A stretch of 64,000 bases of DNA from Phaeosaccion multiseriatum (taxonomy: Eukaryota; Protista; Ochrophyta, other classes): the NCBI GenBank assembly GCA_965112735.1, contig OZ218963.1:2294001-2358000 (forward strand). Direction: 5' to 3'. Position 1 is the first letter of the stretch. Each line of letters begins with the position of its first letter. The notes beneath the pieces were generated by a model. The model saw only the letters and a list, made by a program, of their open reading frames with translations. It did not search any database and had not been told where the DNA came from. A program made the position numbers and the translations under genes. This document shows positions 11,701 through 23,735 of the stretch, in pieces.

Positions 11701-14700
11701 GTCTGGAGGGCCCGACAGGTGGTGGTCATGCGGCGGTGGCGTGAAGGGCATGTGTTCCGCTGCCCTGCGTCTGCGGCTGCTGACGTGCCCCGGGGGGTCA
11801 TGGCTCTGCCGCTCGGGGTTCCTCCATGGGAACAGTCTCTCCGTGACCCCAGCCTGCTTCGGGAGTGGGTGTGGGCGGCGCAGGAGTGGGTGATCAGCGA
11901 CGCACAGACAGCTACGCAAGCTGCACAGCGCTGGGCGGCAGAGTGCGCGGCCGCTCAAGCGCGGGTGCTGACGTGGGCGGCCGAAACGTTTGTGATTCCG
12001 CCGGCTGGCCGTCGCGTGCCTTCGGGGGTGGGGGTTGGGCCTTCAGCCGCGACGGCAGGGCGTTCTGCTCTGCTGGTCGACGACTGCGATGATTTCGACG
12101 CGCTGCTCGCGGAGCACGTCACCCTGCTGCCGGAGTGTAGTGGTGCTCTTCCTGCATTGTCTCCGACGGCGAAGGCGTGCCGAGCAGCTGCGCTCCTGGC
12201 ACCAGCTGCCGAATCGGTGGAGAGGGAGTGCGTCAGTGGGTGCTCTCTGAGTGCGGAACGGGAGCCCTGTGAGGTGTGCGTGCAGCGAGCGAGGGTGGAG
12301 ATGGCGGCGCTTTCAGTTACTGACGATACAGGGGCAGCGTATCTGCGGCGGGAGGCGAGGCGGAAGCAGATTGAGATGACTCTGGCGATTAAGCAGACAG
12401 GGCGTACCGGGGTGACGGTCAATCCGCGTGGGCATACGGTATCAGTGGTGCTTCAGTCTGCCCTTCAATTGCGCGAGCAGCTGTCACGGGCTCCGGTGTC
12501 GCTCACGGTGCAGGCCTTGGTGGACACCGGCGCCACTCACACGTGTGCCTCACGTGCGACCTTTGATCGTGGCGTCGCCGCAGGGGTCTTTCAGGTGCGC
12601 GATTTGGCGGAGGAACGAGTGGCAGTTCGGTACGCCACGACTCAGGCCGCTACTTCAGCCTCGCTCGGTCGGGTGTGGGTGCAAATCGCCCTCACGCCTA
12701 CGTGTCAGCCGGTGGTGGCCATGTGGGTAGTGGAGCACCTCGCCCGTCCCTTGATATTAGGCCAAGACGTGCTCACAATGGTGGGGGCGGTTACTGACCA
12801 CAAGGTTCATCAGCTGTACGTGCATCCAACGGAGGCGAGTTCCTCGTCGTCGGAGCCGCGGTCGGAGGTTGACGACACCATCGCCGTGGCCGCTGTCAGC
12901 TCGGGGGAGTGTCAGGTGCTGGCGACTGAGGCACTACGACTCGCCCCGGGCGGCAAGGCCGCGCTCGTGCTGGAGGTGGACGGGGGCGTCGCAGGCGGAC
13001 GTCTCAGTGTGGAGTTGGGTGCCCGCGGGCCGTTGCAGGCGCAGCAGGAGGCATTGTGGTGGCTGAATCACGAGCAAGTCCTGGTGAGTCGTGCGGCGTG
13101 CGTGGTCGGTGCCACGCAGCAGTGGAGCATCGGTATACACAATCAGCATAATGAGACGATCGTCGTGGTCCCTGGGCAGGCTGTGGGCGTGGGCACGTAT
13201 CTGCTGGCGGAGGAGGATCGGCGAGCAGCGGTGGAGGTGGCGTTATGTGAGCCGGCGCCTCTTGGTGCGCAGTGCACGCCGCTAGGGGCCCTTCGTCCGC
13301 TCCCGCGTCGATGGGCACGCTGGGGTGCGTCTCGTGGTGTGGTCGGTGGCGAGGAGCGTGGTGGTGGTGTCGGTGGCGGACGTGCAGCAGCAGCCGGAGG
13401 AGGAGGAGGAGGAGATGGCGGAGGAGGCGGAGGAGGAGGCGGAGGAGGCGGAGGAGGAGTAGGAGGAGGCTCAGAAGGCGAAGGAGGAGGAGGAGGAGGA
13501 GGAGATGGCGGAGGCGGCGAAGGTGGAGGAGGAGGACGTGCAGCAGCAGCCGGAGGAGGAGGAGGAGGAGATGGCGGAGGAGGCGGAGGAGGAGGCGGAG
13601 GAGGCGGAGGAGGAGTAGGAGGAGGCTCAGAAGGCGAAGGAGGCGGAGGAGGAGGAGGAGATGGCGGAGGCGGCGAAGGTTGAGGAGGAGGAGGAGGCAA
13701 CGACGGAGCGCCCCGACAGGCGTGGCTCGAGGCTGTGGCTTTGCGTGAGCGCTGGGGACGCGAGACAGTGGCCTCCGATCTGGTCGATGGGCCTGAGGAT
13801 GTTTTCCGCCCTGTGCCGCTGGGGCCCGTGGCTCTGGGAGCCGTCCGCGCTCCGGTCGTGCAGGCAGTGCGGCCCGTGACGAGGGAGTCGGGCAAACACA
13901 GGCCCTGCAGGCCTGCTCGGCTGGGGCTCGGTCGGCGTCTACGGGTGGCGAGGCGGCACGTCTCACTCTCAGTGGAGGGGCCTTTTACTGCTGGTCCTAG
14001 CATCTTGGCTCGACACGCACGGGCTGTAGCGGCCGCAGCAGCAGCTGGCGGCGGCGGCGGAGGCGCAGCAGTCGCAGGAGGAGGTGACGGAGGAGGAGGG
14101 GGAGGAGCAGCAGGAGGAGGAGACGGAGGAGGAGGAGGAGGAGGAGGAGGAGGAAGGGGAGGAGGAGGAGGAGGAGGAGGCGGAGGAGCAGCAGGAGGAG
14201 GAGCACCTTCCCTGTGCGTGTCTGAGGCCGGTGTGGCAGCGGTGGACGGGGGGCCCTCAATTGGCGACGCTGGACCTGGCGGAGGAGGAGGCGATGGAGG
14301 AGGAGCCAGCGGAGACGCAGGAGGAGGCGGGGGAGGAGGAGGAGGAGGAGGAGGAGGAGGGGGAGGAGGAGGAGGCGGAGGAGGAGGAGGAGGAGGAGGA
14401 GGAGACGCAGGAGGAGGGGCACCTTCCCTGTGCGTGTCTGAGGTCGGTGTGGCAGCGGTGGAAGGGGGGCCCTCAATTGGCGACGCTGTGACTGGGGAGG
14501 TGGAGGTGGTGCCGACCACGGAGTCTCCCCAGGCCGCCCTGCATGCATTGCAGGATGACGTGACGGCTGGGCAGCAGGTTGAGATGACTCAGGGCTGTCT
14601 GCAGGGCCCGACCTGGACTATCGACGAGCATGGTGCCTTGACGTTGGGCGGCACGGGTGAGGGACGGCAGGCGGGCACACGGGAGGCCGCTCACAGCTTG

Positions 14701-14839
14701 ATCGTGCGTGAGTGGGCGCCTCGCCTCGCAGCGAGTGGGCAGGCGCGGCTCCGTACGTGTTTGGCGGCTGCGGAGGTGGGTGCAGTTACGGCTCTCCTGC
14801 TCCTCCGCCCACACGTGCAGCAGACGCAAGGGGGCCTGG
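8734..14839 (+). pseudogene. Element B gag and protease region, broken by stops/frameshifts and long (GAG/GGA)n tracts
   Basis: Aspartic protease LVDTGATH at about 12517-12540 and LILGQDVL; degenerate dUTPase-like segment follows; poly-E/G tracts 10960-11500 and 13400-14490. Confidence 0.7.
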
Positions 14840-15669
14840 TGTTGCGATATCTCCTCTACGATGACAGGGACAAGCTAGAGTAGTGTCAACTCGTGTATTA
14901 ATAATACCTACTGAGAGATGCGTTCAAGGAAGTGATGGCCGTGGCCATACATGAATATCGATATCCACATCGATATTGTACGTCGATATAGTGCTCAGTC
15001 ACAACTGGCGATGCTCATCACAACACCCTCCTATGACTGAATCACTATCTCTCTTGATAGCTGACACTCTACTACAAACACAATGAGGAAACACCTGACT
15101 TGCCCTAAAACCCCCCGAGACAAAGTCCTGAAAACCTCATACTAAAACTACTGAACTAAAACTAGTCCCCCCCTTTCCTGTCTCCCTTCTTGAGCATCTG
15201 CCCCGCCAGACCGCTGTGTACCTGAGGTGCCAATGCCTTGGTCATGATGTCCCCAAGCTGGTCCTTTGTGCTGATGTACTGAAACCGAACGTGTCCCTTG
15301 TCCACGTGGTACTGCAGGAAATGATAACGAATGTCGATGTGACGTACGCGCTTGGTGCCCGCGTTGCCATTTGCCATCTGAATGCACCCTTGATTGTCCT
15401 CGTGCACAATCGACTCCGTCATGTTGGCTCCTGGAAACAGAAACTCCAGAATCCCTCTGTAAAACAGCAACTCCTTCACGTCATCTGCCCAGCTCGAGTC
15501 TGTACAGATCTTGCTCGCACCGAACCCTCGTGCCACGCTGACCCCTTCCGTACTTCTCTGTGGGTAGCGCATCCCAGTCCGTCTCATGTGCGCCTCTGTC
15601 ACCCTCACTGGTTGTCTCATACGTCCAATAACGACTGGCCTGCATAGTCTCCAGGTTCTGCTCTGCCTT

Positions 15670-16086
15670 TGTTACGATATAAGGCATCCCAATATGCCTT
15701 CAGTATTATCCAAACGGGGCGTTTGGATAATACTGAAGGCATATTGGGATGCCTTATATCGTAACAAAAGAGGGGTTCGAGTCCTACCTGAGGAAAGAGG
15801 AAAAAATAATATGATGTTACCCGAGGGGGGTTCCCAAGGAGATACCAGAGGGTCGTACCCTGTTGAAAAAAGCACGTGAAAACTGGTGGGATAAACAAAG
15901 GGACAGTATTTAGGGACGAACGTGTCGGTAGCGCCAACCCCCCGGTGCGAAGGTGTAGGGCTCAAGGAACCCACCTTTTGTTACGATATAAGGCATCCCA
16001 ATATGCCTTCAGTATTATCCAAACCAATTTTTATTAATTGGTTTGGATAATACTGAAGGCATATTGGGATGCCTTATATCGTAACA
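15670..16086. mobile_element. Element M: 417-bp non-coding element with hairpin termini
   Basis: Palindromes 15670-15766 (47-bp arms, loop GGG) and 15979-16086 (51-bp arms, loop TTTATT); TG..CA ends; TSD GCCTT. Confidence 0.9.
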
Positions 16087-16739
16087 GCCTTGCTGTGATC
16101 TGGCTGCTCTGCTCTTGCTGCTCCGTTCTGCCTTGCTCTGATATGGCTGCTCTGCTCTGCCTTGCTCTGCTCTGGCTGTTCTTCTCTTGCTGCTCTGCCC
16201 TGCCTCGCTCTGCTCTGGCTTGCTCTGCTATGCCGCACTTCCTGCTGCTGCTCGGCTGTTGGACGCCTCTGTGTCTCTGCTGTCTCTGCCTGCTGCCGCT
16301 TCCGCTGTGCGACTGGCTCTGCCTGTCTGTTGTCTTTGCCCCTTTCGGGAGTGGGCCCGTCCCTGCACGACGCTGCATATACTCTCCCGCCCGGCAGCGG
16401 AATGTCCGATGCTGCCTGTGCCTCGAGTCTCATAGACTTTCTCGTTGGTGCCACTGCCTCTCCGTGCAGGTCTGCTTTCCCTACTTCTGTCGGCTTTTCT
16501 TCCTGTGCTGCCTGCTGCTGTTTGCGCTGCTGTTCGCGATGCTGTTCGCGCTGCTCCACCAGTTGCTCCGTGTTTTCTCTGACTCCCTCTCTCTCTGTGG
16601 GACTCACGTCAGTCCCCACAAGCCCGCGGCTTGCTCCTACCCCTACCAAGTTCTCTACTCCTGGGTATATCTGGATGGCCTCCAACTCTGCCATCGACTC
16701 TGTTTTCCCCGGCTCTCGCTGCCGTGGCTCAGCCTGTTT

Positions 16740-16940
16740 CGGCTCTGGTTGCTGCTCTGCCTCTCCCGGCTCTGCACGCTCTGGTTGCTGCTCTACCGCT
16801 CCCGGCTCTGCACGCTCTGGTTGTTGCTCTACCGCTCCCGGCTTTGCACGCTCTGGTTGCTGCTCTGCCGCTCCCGGCTCTGCACGCTCTGGTTGTTGCT
16901 CTGCCGCTCCCGGCTTTGCACGCTCTGGTTGTTGCTGTTC
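16740..16940 (-). repeat. 36-bp tandem repeat encoding AEQQPERAEPGA-like units
   Basis: About 5-6 units; homologous array in element D at 28956-29110. Confidence 0.85.
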
Positions 16941-17956
16941 CTCGGGCCGGTCTACTGACGAACCTTCTCCGTGGCTCCCGCTGTCACCACTTCCCCCCTC
17001 CGCACTGCTTCTACTTCGTCCCCAGGGTTGGCTCTCATCCTCCCTGTCTTCTCCCTCTTGCGACTGGTTTGACACCGATACTTCCGGTGCCATTGCCACC
17101 CCCTCCGGCCTGCTGCTGCTGCGTCCCCAGGGTGGGTCTTCTTCCTTCCGCGTGATCTGACTTCCCGCATTTTGCTCATCGTCCCCCCCACCCCCTGTAT
17201 CACCAGGTGGGGCATTTCGTGCTGGCGCCGCTGCACTGACCTTCCTGACGCTGTATCTTGGGGATGGTGCTTGTGCACCGCCCCCCCCTACTCTGTAGTA
17301 GTCTGAGGGTTCACTGATAGACTCTGCACCAGTGTTCCACTCTCTCCGCGGGATCTGACTTCCCGCATTTTTTCTCATCCCCCCTTCCCCGGTGTCGCCG
17401 GGTGGGGTGCGGGGGACTGGTGCCGCTGCACCTGTCCCTCCTCTGCCCGAGCTGCTACTGCCACCTCTGCGGCTGCTGCTCGAGTTTACTCTGGCCTTTG
17501 TGGCCCCCAACACTGTTCCTCCTCCCGAGGTCTTGCTGGCCGACGCTGCCGCGGTCTTATTTCCCCCGCGCAGTGCCCTAAGTGCTTTCGTCTCGCTGTT
17601 CTCTGGCGTTGACGTTAGCTCCAACACCTGTTGTGCTGGCCTCCCCCCACTGGGAGCTTCTGTTCCTCCTCTCGAGGAAATGGTGACCGGCTCTGCGGCG
17701 GTATCTCTCCCCGCTTCCGTGGCCCCCGTCCCTACGATGTGATCCGTGACCGCTCGCATAAATCGCAAGAGAGGCATCACTCCCTCCGATTCTAACTTCT
17801 TGTCGAACTCGTTATTCTTCGGCTTGAACGTGAGTTCTAACAGCTGCTGTGCTGTACCCCCCCCCTGCTGGGGGTCGCTACTCCTCCTGCTGAGGAAATA
17901 GTGACTGGTGTTGCGGCCGCTGCCGTGGGCACTCCTTGCTGTGGGATTTTGGCAAA

Positions 17957-20900
17957 TGTGCTATTGTCCTATACAGTGTTGGTCATACATTCAGGGGTCA
18001 CAGAAATATGAGTGTAACCTTCATGGACACCCCTGACCCAGGGGGGATAGATAGAAAGCGTGTGGAGAGCACTCTTTTTCTTGCAAGCTCTAAGTGAGTA
18101 GTAAAGACTTAATACGGACACCGACGCCCCACCAGAGGCGCGGCGAATACTTGGTCCAAACCCCTTAAGCTTTTCTACGTCAGCTTAGCACAGAACTAGT
18201 TCTCGCATAAAGAGTTGCGAAAGAAGAATAACAGCAGTTGCAGGAGTTCTGAGGAGACGTCCAACGAGACTTCAGCAGCGACAGACATCAGTGCAGTCTT
18301 CTAGGGGAACCTAGGAGGATGGTTACGCCTTCAGAGCAGGATAAGTATGACACCAGCGATTGGAGAGGAGATTGGCCGATTCTTAAAGGGCAGAAGACTC
18401 CGATCAGAGTGAACACCTTTGTGTATGGCTATGAGAGGTGCGCAGAGAGAATGAGACTCGCTAGACAGCAAGCTCGCATTCCCGACATGGCTACTTTGTT
18501 GGACCCTGTTCTGAGAACGCAAGCCAGCGTTGAGTTAAAGGTACAGGTAACAGAGCTGAACACTGAGAACGTGAAGAAATGGCTCAAGGATTGGTTGAAG
18601 GAACATTCTGAGAGCGACGTGCAAGGAGAGACACTTGCATCTATTGCCGACGAGATCACGATAGAATGTGCGAATCGTGAGAACGCCGGAGCGCTGAAGG
18701 AGGCTTTAATATATGCCCACACGGAGTTTTTGGGTATGATCAAGAACAGCTCCTTCAGCACCCTCTTGCAGACAGAGGATGGCACTGCAGACAATTGGTG
18801 GCTGCCCAAAGATAAGGCGGCTACGAAGTCCATCAGGTTTGCTTTCAACAGTGTCTTGGTCCGATTTGATTCCAATATGGTGAAGCTCATTAAAGATGCC
18901 GAGAGACAGTGGCAGAGCTCGATTGATTGGGACAAGAACTACAAGCAATGGTTTGAACTCGTAGTGGATATCCACATGGGGTGGGCTAATGCTCGAGCTG
19001 CTGCCGCGCGAGCGAATCTCACGGCGGAACAGGCCTTGCCCAACTTGAAGAAGACGGGAGGAGGCGGCTCTGCTAATTCTGGAAAGGGGGGAGAGCCCGC
19101 CTGGAAGAAGAAGAAGCAGTAGCAGGCGGCGGCCAAGAATGGTGCAGCTGCAAGTGGTGGTTCGGTTGACGCGAAACCCAAGGAGGATGTTAAGCCTGCC
19201 GGAGGAGGGGGGACTAAGGAGCCACGCCCTTTCTCTGGAAAGTGTCTTTCATGTGGGTTAGCCCACACCCTCAGGAAGTGCCCAACGACCTCCCAAGATC
19301 AGAAAGATCGACTGTGGGCGGACTATAAGAAGAAACACCCGCACATTAAGGTCCTGGCATCAGCAGAGGCAGATGCAGGAGCCGTAGCAGAGGATGTGGA
19401 AGGGGAGAGAGTCACAGTTGATCTCGTCGCCAACCCATCTGAGACGGTGTCGGAAGCCGCACGGCTGAAGATTTCCGCAGTTTGGGACTCGGGCTGTGAT
19501 GTGGGGCTGGTTATCTCCCGCCGAGATGCAGACAAGTTTGTTGCGCTCGGGCGAGGTGGCAAGCTCACAGTCATTAAACCCCGGAGCCTCAAGACTGGAA
19601 ATGGCCTGGTCGAAGCCAAGCAGGTTTTGACAGGAGCGCATTTGTTGTTTGACTTTCCATGGGGGCCAGTGAGTACCCTTCAGATGGAAGAGAGTCTGCG
19701 CAATGCGTACGTGTTGGAGGAGATCGACATGATGTGTCTAGGTCGTCCTCTTCAGAAGGCTTTTGGACTATCATCCATTCGAGCCCAGTTCGAGACGATG
19801 CATAGCGAAGAAGCTTTGCGTCGCGAACGCGAGACTGCGGAGAAGGAGAAGGAGGCAGAGCCTCATAGCTCCAGCGCAGGTAGAGTGATGAGTCTCTTTT
19901 CGTCGGCTCCCTCAGAGGAGAGTGACGATTTGTTTCCTGTTGAGCAGGGGACGGGCAAGACGCCCATAGTAGGATCGGTAGGAACCTACCACCTTAACAA
20001 TGAAGAGATCAAACAGTATGACGGTGTAGCTGATACCATTCAGCAACCTGAGGACGGACTGCCGCCCACATACGAGAGCCTTGAGGCACGTTTGGGGTCA
20101 GTCGTCGACAATGCTATAGCAGAGCATGATTTTCCCGAGCGGTTGAAAGAACCGATGCTGAGGGCACTACTGAAGTGGCCTGACGTGTGGCGGGATGAGT
20201 TACTGTGGGAGGACGGTGCTGCTAAGGTTGAGCCGATGAAGGTGCAGTTCAAGAGCTCTGAACCACATTCGCAGCTCCCTATCAAGCAACCCGGTCCGAA
20301 GGCGGCCTTTGTGCGCGAGTTCACCAATAAAATGGTAGACAAGGGCTTTGGCTACAGCAACCCGCAGAGCGTGTATTCTAACCGAGCCTTCGCAGTGGGA
20401 AAGCCGGGAAAGCCCGGTAAGTACAGACTGGTGTGTGACCTTCGGGCAGCTAACGCAAACACAGTCAAGGTTGATTTCGGTATGACTGACACGGAGACTA
20501 TCTCTCTCGCACTGCGAGGGGCCAGATGGTTTATTGAGATTGATGGCAAGGATTTCTTTTGGCAATTTCCGCTCGAGGAGTGGTGCCAGGAGCATTTCAC
20601 TTACATAACCTCAGACGCAAAGGTGACTCCTACGAGAGTACCACAGGGAGCCCTCAACTCAGCGGCATATGTGCAGGGTACCATGAGCGAGGTCTTTCGC
20701 GAAGAAGTCGGTAAGACTCACGCCGTGTACATTGACAATATCGCCTACTGGGCTATCGAGGGTGAGGAGCTGGTCGAGAGGACCGAACTCACCATGGACA
20801 AGCTTCACGAGAAGAACTTGAAGATGGGAGTCAGCTCATTCAGTTTCGGAAGTGAGTTGAAGTTCGTGGGCAGAGTGCATGACAGACATGGTACTCGTCA

Positions 20901-23735
20901 CGATCCGGAGCGAATTCAAGGTCTGACAGACTTGGGTACGCCGGAGACAGCGGGCGATCTGATGACGTTCCTGTGTGGAATACAGTGGTTCAACCGCTGG
21001 GTGAAAGATTTCGCACAGTGGGTTGGGCCTCTGTATGAATTGTTGAATGAGTGTTTGGGGGAGGCTAATGCCAAACCGCATCAGCACAAGCGCTCTAAGG
21101 CTGTGGCTGCAACTATTCAACTAGACAAGAGGTGGACAGCTGAGCATGACGCGGCTTTCTTGGGGATCAAGCGCGTGCTCGCAGAGAACACGGTGCGCGC
21201 TCACCCGGACCCTGAGCAGGTAGTACTGGTGTTTGCAGACGCCAGTGACCGCTACTGGGGGGGCATGATCGCACAGTGTAGACCCGAGAACGTGGGTCTT
21301 CCTCTTGACGAGATGGACATGGAGCCGGTCGCTTTCTGTTCAGGTGGCTTTGGGAAGCATGAGCTCAAGCGAGCAACTGTGGACAAAGAGGCAGATGCCA
21401 CTTACCGGACTGTGATTCAGAATGAGTACGCTTTGGTAGGGGCGAGGAAGGTATACATTTTCTGCGACCATCGCAATTTGGCTTTTCTCTGGTCTAACGA
21501 CCCACAGTACCCGGGTCTGACCAAACCCATGCGAGAGCGGCTGCAGCGACAGGCACTTCGATTGCAGGCATTTGACTATACGATCATGCATTTGCCTGGC
21601 GACAAGCACTTGTGGGCTGACCCTCTGAGCCGTTGGCGCAAGAGGACGAGCCATGCAGCGCCTCGCGTGTTGGCTCTACGAGGCGGGAAATTCGGAGCCA
21701 TGCAGGTCTTTGACATGATGGCGCCTGACTTTCTTTGGCCCACGGAGCAGGAGATTGTCAGCGTTCAGCAGGAGGCCTTTGCAAAGCTCCTGGACGCTGG
21801 CAAAGAGGTGGGAGAGAGTGGTCGCCAACTGCTTCTCTCACAGACTGGCGACGGCGGTCTGATTCGAGCAAAAAGTAGCACAGATGACGACGCTCAGCAG
21901 TCAAAGATTTGGATACCGCGTAAGGCAGAGGATTTGCGCCTTCGGCTCAGCGTAGTGGCCCACCAGGGGGGCATGGGCCATCGTGGGATGACCAACACGC
22001 TGGAAGCTGTAGGGAAGGACTTTGTTTGGCATGGCCAGCAGGAGGATATCAAGCGCTTTGTGAACGAGTGTATTCATTGCCTTAGCAATGGCGTAGGGCT
22101 GCGCGTTCCTCGACCGCTTTTGGGTCAATGGCATGCTACCAAGCCCCAGCAGATGATATGGTTTGACTATGTCAAGATGGGCAAGGGTATCATTTGGGTT
22201 GATGGGCCTGATGGGTTCATGCAGATTCAAGTACAGTACGCGCTATGCATTTTTGATGACTTTTCGTCCTTGACAATGTACGAGCCGTGCTATGAGGCTA
22301 CCGCACGAGGGTGCGCGCGGGCTTTGCTGAGATGGTTTGCTCAGCATGGCATTGTGCCTCGATGGCAGAGTGACAGAGGCAGTCATTTCCTCAATGAGGT
22401 GATGAGCGAGCTGAGAGCAATGTTGAGGTGTGATCATCATTTTGTGGTGGCACATGCGGCTTATAGCCGTGGACTTGGGGAGCGCGGTGTGCAAACGCTT
22501 CAGAAGCTTATGCAGCCGCTACTATCAGAGATGAGGGCACTACCAGAGTCGTGGCCGCAGTTTCTACCAGTGGTCGAGTCCATCGAGAACAGTTGCACCA
22601 AGAGCAGTCGTTCCAGCAAGTCTCCGATTGAGCTGCATTCAGGCCATGTACCTCAGCGCCCTATCGACACGGTTATGCTTCATGATGCTGATCGAGCGCA
22701 GAAGGTGGAGTTGAAGCAACTCACCCAAGCGCAGGTCGACACGATGGCTGAGGGGCTACAGCAAATTCGGGAGCAGTTACGTACACGGGTCGAGGAGCAC
22801 CTCTCCAAGATCAGGGAGCGCAAGCGTGATGGCATCAACGCGCGTCTGTTGCAGGGGCGGCGTGGCGCCGAGCACAGGAAGGATCTTGATCGCGCGCGCG
22901 AGCTCGCCAGCGAGTCAATTTTCCAACCTGGAGTATTTATGACGGTGGCGTCAGTGGGGCCTACGAGCAAGGTCGTTGGCCGATGGCATGGTCCTTGCCG
23001 AGTGACTGAGGCTCTCGAGCACCACGTATATCGCATTGAGGAGTTAGTGGGACAGAAGCGCACTTTGGACGTGCACATCAACCGGCTACGTTACTACTGG
23101 ACGGTGATGTCAATCTTACTACCGACGTCCTCCACCAGATCTCACACAGCACTCAGAGTTTCGTAGTCGAGTCTTTTGAGGGGCTGGTTAGGCGTGCTGA
23201 TGGCAGCTGGTTCTTAATCGTCAAGTGGAGAGGCTTCGACGCAGTCGAGAACAGCGAGGAGCCCATCGAGCAGCTTATGGCGGATACACCCCAAGCCGTG
23301 GAGCAGTATCTCGCCAAGCATCCGGACAAACAGCGAATCAGCGCAGTCCGAGCCTACTTGCGGGCCCTCTCGGAGCGGAACGCAGAGCGGGTAGTAGCGC
23401 CCAAGCGCAAGCGTACGCGCAAGAAGCGGTAAGCGTTGCGTTAGGTACTGGGATAGTTTCTTTCCTCTTTTGACGGCTCGGGCTGTCGCTTGGGGGTAGT
23501 GTGCTATTGTCCTATACAGTGTTGGTCATACATTCAGGGGTCACAGAAATATGAGTGTAACCTTCATGGACACCCCTGACCCAGGGGGGATAGATAGAAA
23601 GCGTGTGGAGAGCACTCTTTTTCTTGCAAGCTCTAAGTGAGTAGTAAAGACTTAATACGGACACCGACGCCCCACCAGAGGCGCGGCGAATACTTGGTCC
23701 AAACCCCTTAAGCTTTTCTACGTCAGCTTAGCACA
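17957..23735 (+). mobile_element. Element F: near-complete chromodomain-bearing Ty3/gypsy retrotransposon inserted in C1 gag
   Basis: 236-bp LTRs 17957-18192 and 23500-23735 that read as identical, TSD CAAA, PPT GGGGGTAG. Confidence 0.95.
18319..23432 (+). pseudogene. Element F gag-pol (zinc knuckle, PR, RT, RH, IN, chromodomain) with one in-frame TAG and one frameshift
   Basis: TAG 19120-19122 in frame with pol; CLSCGLAHTLRKC; WDSGC; RT YIDN; RH FADAS/DHRNL; IN HHCC and SDRGSHF; chromodomain FLIVKWRGFDAVENSEEP in a shifted frame from about 23100. Confidence 0.88.

Noticed and set aside
10588-14548. Long Pro/Leu/Arg/Gly-rich ORFs on several frames
   Set aside because: Shadow frames of (GAG/GGA)n microsatellites inside element B
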